DNA of 64,000 nucleotides. Origin: Macrostomum lignano (taxonomy: Eukaryota). Each line of letters opens with the position of its first letter. Position 1 is the stretch's first letter. The translations under genes were made by a program, and so were the position numbers. Below the pieces are notes generated by a model that searched no databases, was not told where the DNA came from, and saw only the letters and a program-made list of their open reading frames with translations. Shown here piece by piece: positions 58,203-64,000 of the stretch. The stretch covers positions 1 through 64,000 of the forward strand of contig NIVC01002594.1 of assembly GCA_002269645.1 (NCBI GenBank). The letters run 5' to 3'.

Positions 58203-58702
58203 TCAAGACGCCGTCCGCAAAAACATCTTGGCTCTAGCGCGAGTCAACCCGTCCTTAGCAACCGGTGCTGATTGGCTATTAAGCTTCCCTAGCAACCGGC
58301 CTGGCAGGCGTAAAGCTCTGCTCTGGGAGCTGCTGCTTCTGCTACTGCTGCCGCCGTCGGCATCAAGTGAGCGGCGTCGGAGACGGCTGGACCGATTCGC
58401 TGCAGCCGGATTGCACTGGCTGGTCGATGACTGCCCGGCAGGCGGTGATCTGGTCTGCTCAGCCCTGCCCTGCCTGCGTCCACTGCTGCGGTCTCTGGTG
58501 CGCCTGCGGACTGGCGGCGCGGAGGCGGCGCCGACAGCTGCTGCGGCAGTCGTGGCGTCGGCCGCCTCAGCCGCTTCGGAGTTCGCGCCGGCTCGGCTGC
58601 TTTGCGAGCTTCTTCGGCCGAGCGCCGAACAACTGCTGTCGCTTCTGCGACCGTCGGAGGCGCGGCTGTTGGCTCTGACTGTGGGGCACCTTGATAGGCC
58701 GG
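58203..58702 (-). CDS. Probable terminal coding exon of an unidentified gene (Ala/Ser/Arg-rich, low complexity)
   Basis: GC-rich frame open for 165 codons after a taag acceptor at 58703 (AGLSRCPTV..AEAADATTAAAAVGAASAPP..MFLRTAS*). Candidate upstream exons 60026-60077 and 60758-60810 both end in phase 1 with GTGAG donors. No recognisable domain. Confidence 0.4.
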
Positions 58703-58714
58703 CTTAAATTCCTC

Positions 58715-59580
58715 AACTGAGTAGCCATAATCCCTGATCCCCAATTTGAGTAGCCATAATCCCTGATCCCCAATTTAAGTAGCCATAATCCCTGATCCCC
58801 AATCTGAATAGCCATAATCCCTGATCCCCAATCTGAATAGCCATAATCCCTGATCCCCAATCTGAGTAGCCATAATCCCTGATCCCCTATCTAAGTAGCC
58901 ATAATCCCTGATCCCCAATCTGAATAGCCATAATCCCTGATCCCCAATTTGAGTAGCCATAATCCCTGATCCCCAATCTGAGTAGCCATAATCCCTGATC
59001 CCCAATCTGAATAGCCATAATCCCTGATCCCCAATCTGAATAGCCATAATCCCTGATCCCCAATCTGAGTAGCCATAATCCCTGATCCCCTATCTAAGTA
59101 GCCATAATCCCTGATCCCCAATCTGAATAGCCATAATCCCTGATCCCCAATCTGAATAGCCATAATCCCTGATCCCCAATCTGAGTAGCCATAATCCCTG
59201 ATCCCCTATCTAAGTAGCCATAATCCCTGATCCCCAATCTGAGTAGCCATAATCCCTGATCCCCAATCTGAGTAGCCATAATCCCTGATCCCCAATCTGA
59301 GTAGCCATAATCCCTGATCCCCAATCTGAGTAGCCATAATCCCTGATCCCCAATCTGAGTAGCCATAATCCCTGATCCCCAATCTGAGTAGCCATAATCC
59401 CTGATCCCCAATCTGAGTAGCCATAATCCCTGATCCCCAATCTGAGTAGCCATAATCCCTGATCCCCAATCTGAGTAGCCATAATCCCTGATCCCCAATC
59501 TGAGTAGCCATAATCCCTGATCCCCAATCTGAGTAGCCATAATCCCTGATCCCCAATCTGAGTAGCCATAATCTCTGATC
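58715..59580. repeat. 29-bp minisatellite (tagccataatccctgatccccaatctgag)
   Basis: Ends about 10 nt from the putative minus-strand acceptor at 58703. Confidence 0.95.
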
Positions 59581-60214
59581 CTATTTTATATAATCCCACA
59601 ATAAAGCGATATCTGGTGATAAAAATTTCTTTCTGAATTATATTGCATTTTGTACATTGCATACTACTGTCAGCTGTCAGTAGTTATTTAGCCATTCATG
59701 TTCACTTTCCTATCTATTTTTTGAGTTTGTCTGACTGAAGCTGTCGCTTTCGTGTCTGTATTGCAACAGATAAATACAAAACATATTTTGCTATACGAAA
59801 TTGAACGCAATTTAATTAATTCAAATGTCACAATATTTCAGATATTGACTTGTTTTTAAAAAGTTTATCTTCCGTTTGAAAGGCACCGTCTCTTGGTTGA
59901 TCGCTGGCTAAGAAAATATTCATCACAAATCCTCGTTACTTTGTACTCGTTACAAATAAATACAGAGGACATTTAAACTGACTTTGTGTCTACAGGAACG
60001 TCAGTCAGTCCTTCTCGGTCCTCACCCTGCTTGCCGTATCCGAAAACCAGGACAATTTCATAAGCTTGCTTTAATTGCTGTTAATTTTAGAAATTTTAAT
60101 TAGACTTAAAAAAGAATTTTTAACACGACAGGGGTATTCTCGCTTCAGATTATGAACGATACCTTGCTGTTAATAATTAAAGACACGGAATTAAGGCATT
60201 GCGCTCCTAATGGT

Positions 60215-60750
60215 GACACAGTGGAATCAGTCCTCAGATAGTGGCACAGTGGAATCAGTCCTCAGATAGTGGCACAGTGGAATCAGTCCTCAGATAGTGG
60301 CACAGTGGAATCAGTCCTCAGATAGTGGCACAGTGGCATCAGTCCTTAGATAGTGGCACAATGGCATCAGTCCTCAGATAATGGCACAATGGCATCAGTC
60401 CTTAAATAGTGGCACAGTGGCATCAGTTCTCAGAAAGTGGCGCAATGGCATCATTCCTCAGATAGTGGCACAGTGGAATCAGTCCTCACATAGTGGCACA
60501 GTGGAATCAGTCCTCAGATAGTGGCACAATGGCATCATTCCTCAGATAGTGGCACAGTGGCATCAGTCCTCAGATAGTGGCACAGTGGAATCAGTCCTCA
60601 GATAGTGGCACAGTGGCATCAGTCCTCAGATAATGGCACAGTGGCATCAGTCCTCAGATAGTGGCACAGTGGCATCAGTCCTCAGATAGTGGCACAGTGG
60701 CATCAGTCCTCAGATAGTGGCACAGTGGAATCAGTCCTCAGATTATGGCA
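60215..60750. repeat. 28-bp minisatellite (gtggcacagtggaatcagtcctcagata)
   Basis: Abuts a minus-strand GTGAG donor at 60757. Confidence 0.95.
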
Positions 60751-61462
60751 AGCTCACCTTTTGATGACATTGACTGCCTTCTTAATGCACGAGTTCCTTT
60801 AGTATGGCTGCTAAAGTGATATCTTATTTTGTTATCGAGATGGCATGCAGCACAATTTTAGACGAACATACACAGTGTCTTCTGCTCCGTGTTCATGGGC
60901 TCGGTTAAGAATCGCTTTCTAATGACGTCATAGTTCACCTGTCAATCCTTCATCTTGTAGCGCGTATTCCTCGTATATTATCGGCCTTAGAAAGTCTCAG
61001 CTTTCAGTCTCAAAAGCACGCCAAAGTTTGATATGGATCTTATACATTTTGCGTATTAAACTTGAGAACCAGGCTGACTGTAAACGATATCAAGTTCGGT
61101 ATCATTTATTACTTCAAATTTGTTTAGTTGCTAACCGCCCCCCTTCCGCGTATTAGCATTGACGTGAAAGATTACGAGGGCCTGTATCATCAGATATTCT
61201 GATTGCCGTGTCAGCTTAAACACACTGGAAAAAATACAGTAGCTGAAGTTTAGGCCATAGACTAAAAGAATATATCTCAAGGACTTCTTAATCACTCACG
61301 ACGAGAAATTCGCAAATCATGATCGCGCCATAGTCTCCACCTGTAGCAATACACTCCTCCCATGGCTTGAGCATTCCGGTCAATCGCATCAGAGCAGCAT
61401 TGTCTTGAAAGAACTTAGCGGAATGGGCGATCCTGGCCAACCATCCTGCAGCTAAGTCAAGT

Positions 61463-61986
61463 CTTAAAAGACCATGGCGTCAGACCTTGCCTGCCAAATG
61501 ATCCCTGCTGGCATCAGGGATGACCCAAAATGGCCAAAATATACGAGATCGAATCCGCCCTGCGCAGGGCCCTGCTTGGACTCAACCGCAGGGACATCAG
61601 GGCGGTGGCCATGGCCCTCTCGGGTCATGGCTGTTTTGCCAGGCATCGTCACCTCTAGGGAAAAATCCGCAGTGAGGAATGCCCTTTCTTCCTCTCCGGT
61701 GTCGAGAATGTGGGGCACTTTATCTGTGAATGCCCCGCCTTTACTCAGGACAGGCTCACCTACCTCGGCCCAAACCCGGACCTCTCCGACGTTTTCAGGC
61801 CCGAGAATCTCTGCCAGCTCGTCCGCTACCTAAGGGCTACCGGGCGAGCGACAGTCCACCTCCTGGACTCTCCGGAGGGACCACGCTGCGGACACCGGCA
61901 CCACCGGAACTCCTTGCGCGACACCGCAGCACTAGCGTCTCCTCGCTGTTTCCGGACGCACGGAGCCCTCTGCAGCTAAGTCAAGT
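61463..61986 (+). mobile_element. 5'-truncated non-LTR retrotransposon 3' end (I/R1/LOA-like, decayed CCHC finger)
   Basis: [51 protein letters not shown]; ends in an aagtc-type tail. Confidence 0.7.
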
Positions 61987-62214
61987 AAGTCAAATACGAG
62001 ATTGAATTTATTACAGAGAAGAAATTTGCGGCTTTAAACTGACACAATTTTAAGTATAACCTTGTTTCATTTTTTCTCTGGGATTAAGTGTCCAAACTTT
62101 CCGGACGCACCTCATATCTCGACGCTTCGCTCGAATCCAAATAATTAAAATACAGCCTCGACACTCTGACCAAAGAAGGTCAAATTAGAATTGCTTTTGT
62201 CAGCCAAGTTGGTA

Positions 62215-62438
62215 CACCTTTTCACGTTCAATTTTGAACAAAGTCCAGTTCTAAAAAAACTAGCGGAAATTCAATTCAGACAATTCCGACTGGGGACAAT
62301 TTTGTCTATGGCTAAACCTCGCTTCCGTAGCAGAATGTTTTGAACTGGGTTTTGTTGCCCCAGTCTGAATTGTCTGAATTGAATTTCCGCTAGTTTTTTT
62401 AGAACTGGACTTTGTTCAAAATCGAACGTGAAAAGGTG
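62215..62438. mobile_element. MITE with about 85-bp TIRs and a TA target duplication (Tc1/mariner-like)
   Basis: TA|caccttttcacgtt...aacgtgaaaaggtg|TA; the arms are nearly identical. Confidence 0.8.
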
Positions 62439-63709
62439 TAGTAAAGCCAACCAAGTTGTGGGTCTTGCCCATAGACATAGACGGAAAAGGCGAGCAAGTT
62501 GATGATTCGGCCATAGACATCAGCACAACGAAGGATGCCAGCAGCAGCCTCTCAAACGACGTCTCATGATTTTTGAGGGCCTGGGCCGAAGAGCCCAAAT
62601 TGAATTGTCAAAGTTTTGTCTATGGCACTTATTATGAAGCCAAAAGTCAAAATATTACGCACATAGCTGGTGTCTCAATCGATGCTTTTGAAAAGCAAGC
62701 TAAAACTTCCTCTGCGTGAGGTGTTCTATTTTATTTAGTTAGCTCTCAACTGCTAGAAGAATTACCTGTACTAAGAGAAACAAATTGGCAAGCATTGGTC
62801 GCGCTGGAAGTACGCGGACAAGCTCCTCTTCTTCAACTCTTACTGCATGGCCCCTGGGCAAAGTTGCCTGAGTCAATACGCGTTTGTTTTTGCTTCCTAA
62901 AGCGCTTGCTGCTTCTGCTGTTGCTGCTGCTAAAAGTCGGGCGCAAGCAAAGTTTCCACTAGTCTAGCGGATGCAGAGAAAAGCCCGGCCGCTGAGCCCA
63001 GTGGAGGCGAATTTCGGTGCCGTTGACACGCGAAATCCTGTCGATTCCGCTAGGGAAAGCCTTCGCCTTATTGCCCCGATTTCTTGCCGCATCGGCAAGA
63101 CAAAGCGGGGGCCCCCAGTTCGCCCCGACTCCCATTTCTTCTTTATCCCTCCGGGAGCCTTCTCTGGGGCTTCCGTCTTCCTCTGCTTCCAGGCCCGTTC
63201 TTCCTGCTCCCTGATCCCCCGGCGGGCTCAACTTCTCATAACTCCGACGGCAACTTCCAGACATCGTTAATGAAGCATCTGGCTATCACTTACATGGAGA
63301 TTAGGGATGCAGAATGAGCAGGGAGTCAGAAAATGGTTCCCTTTTCGCTCTGATTGTCCGTCATCTTATCCCTGTTGTCCTTGGGGCTCTGTCGATAGTT
63401 TTGAGTTGCCTGGCAATTCTTATGGAGCCCGTCTCTCTCTCTCTCTCTCTTGAGTTGAGTCCCCGGGCCCATTGGCTGCCCCAGCTAAAGAGCGGCCAAC
63501 CACCCTCCTCCCGCGCTGGTCGAGGCTGCTGCTGCTGCCGGCCCCGCCTCCTCGCCTTCCTCTTATATTGCAGAGTCGCCTTCTTATTCATCTCCCACTA
63601 GCAACAGGCTGGCTGAATAGGATTCCGCCAATATCTGGTCTCCGAGCTCAGCAACAGCAGCTCAGAATCCGGCCTGCAACCTACTCAACCATCTGAGCCT
63701 AACAAAGGG

Positions 63710-64000
63710 ATGCAGAAGGAAGACGAGGAGATTGAAGCCGCTGAGAAGCGGCTGGAGCCCGAGGCTGAGCCGATGCTCAATTCAACGCCTATGCGGCTGC
63801 TGCCGAAGGAGGCCGACGATGGGGTGAGCTGATGAAGGAGTCTGGGACGGACAATTTAGCATGCTTCTATTCTTACTTCGGAATACGAGCTGTGTAGACA
63901 ATTGCACTTATAAACTCAAAAAATCCTCAACAGCAGAAGCCGCCGCCCTACGAAGACTGCCAGCTGGTGGAAGCTCCGGCCATCGGTCGCGAGACCTGGA
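63710..64000 (+). CDS. Probable N-terminus of an SLC6 (neurotransmitter:Na+ symporter) transporter, truncated by the window edge; exons 63710-63823, 63934-64000+
   Basis: MQKEDEEIEAAEKRLEPEAEPMLNSTPMRLLPKEADDG|QKPPPYEDCQLVEAPAIGRETW with a phase-0 GTGAG..CAG intron. RETW is the motif that precedes TM1 in SLC6 proteins; only this motif supports the family call. Confidence 0.55.

Noticed and set aside
58099-58707. 202-aa Leu-rich plus-strand ORF
   Set aside because: Most likely an antisense shadow of the GC-rich minus-strand exon; no plus-strand splice or start context.
62959-63696. Several short overlapping ORFs on both strands
   Set aside because: No domain signal; better explained as a GC-rich promoter or 5' UTR upstream of the SLC6-like start.

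Overview
Animal genomic DNA with spliceosomal introns and about 14 kb of distinct mini/microsatellite arrays. The GC-rich exons and repeat-filled introns resemble the flatworm Macrostomum; this is inference, not proven. Genes reconstructed by hand: the 3' part of a Na+/Ca2+ exchanger (SLC8/NCX), complete TMEM231, a six-repeat beta-thymosin/WH2 protein, complete RAB18 (minus), an intronless class A peptide GPCR (minus), an ERR-like nuclear receptor, a low-complexity minus-strand exon of an unknown gene, and the probable start of an SLC6 transporter at the right edge. Mobile DNA includes a Penelope-like element (RT + GIY-YIG) with a minimal hammerhead ribozyme between (GA)n tracts, gypsy, LINE and possible DIRS relics, a tRNA-derived SINE, and many MITEs with clear TSDs. 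The most striking unexplained signal is a set of sharply bounded CpG-poor, AT-rich domains (TpA-rich where sampled) over the 5' parts of RAB18 and TMEM231, with steep 5'->3' GC3 gradients. A third such domain at 38.5-41.9 kb has no recognised ORF. No CRISPR, rRNA or intact tRNA genes were found.
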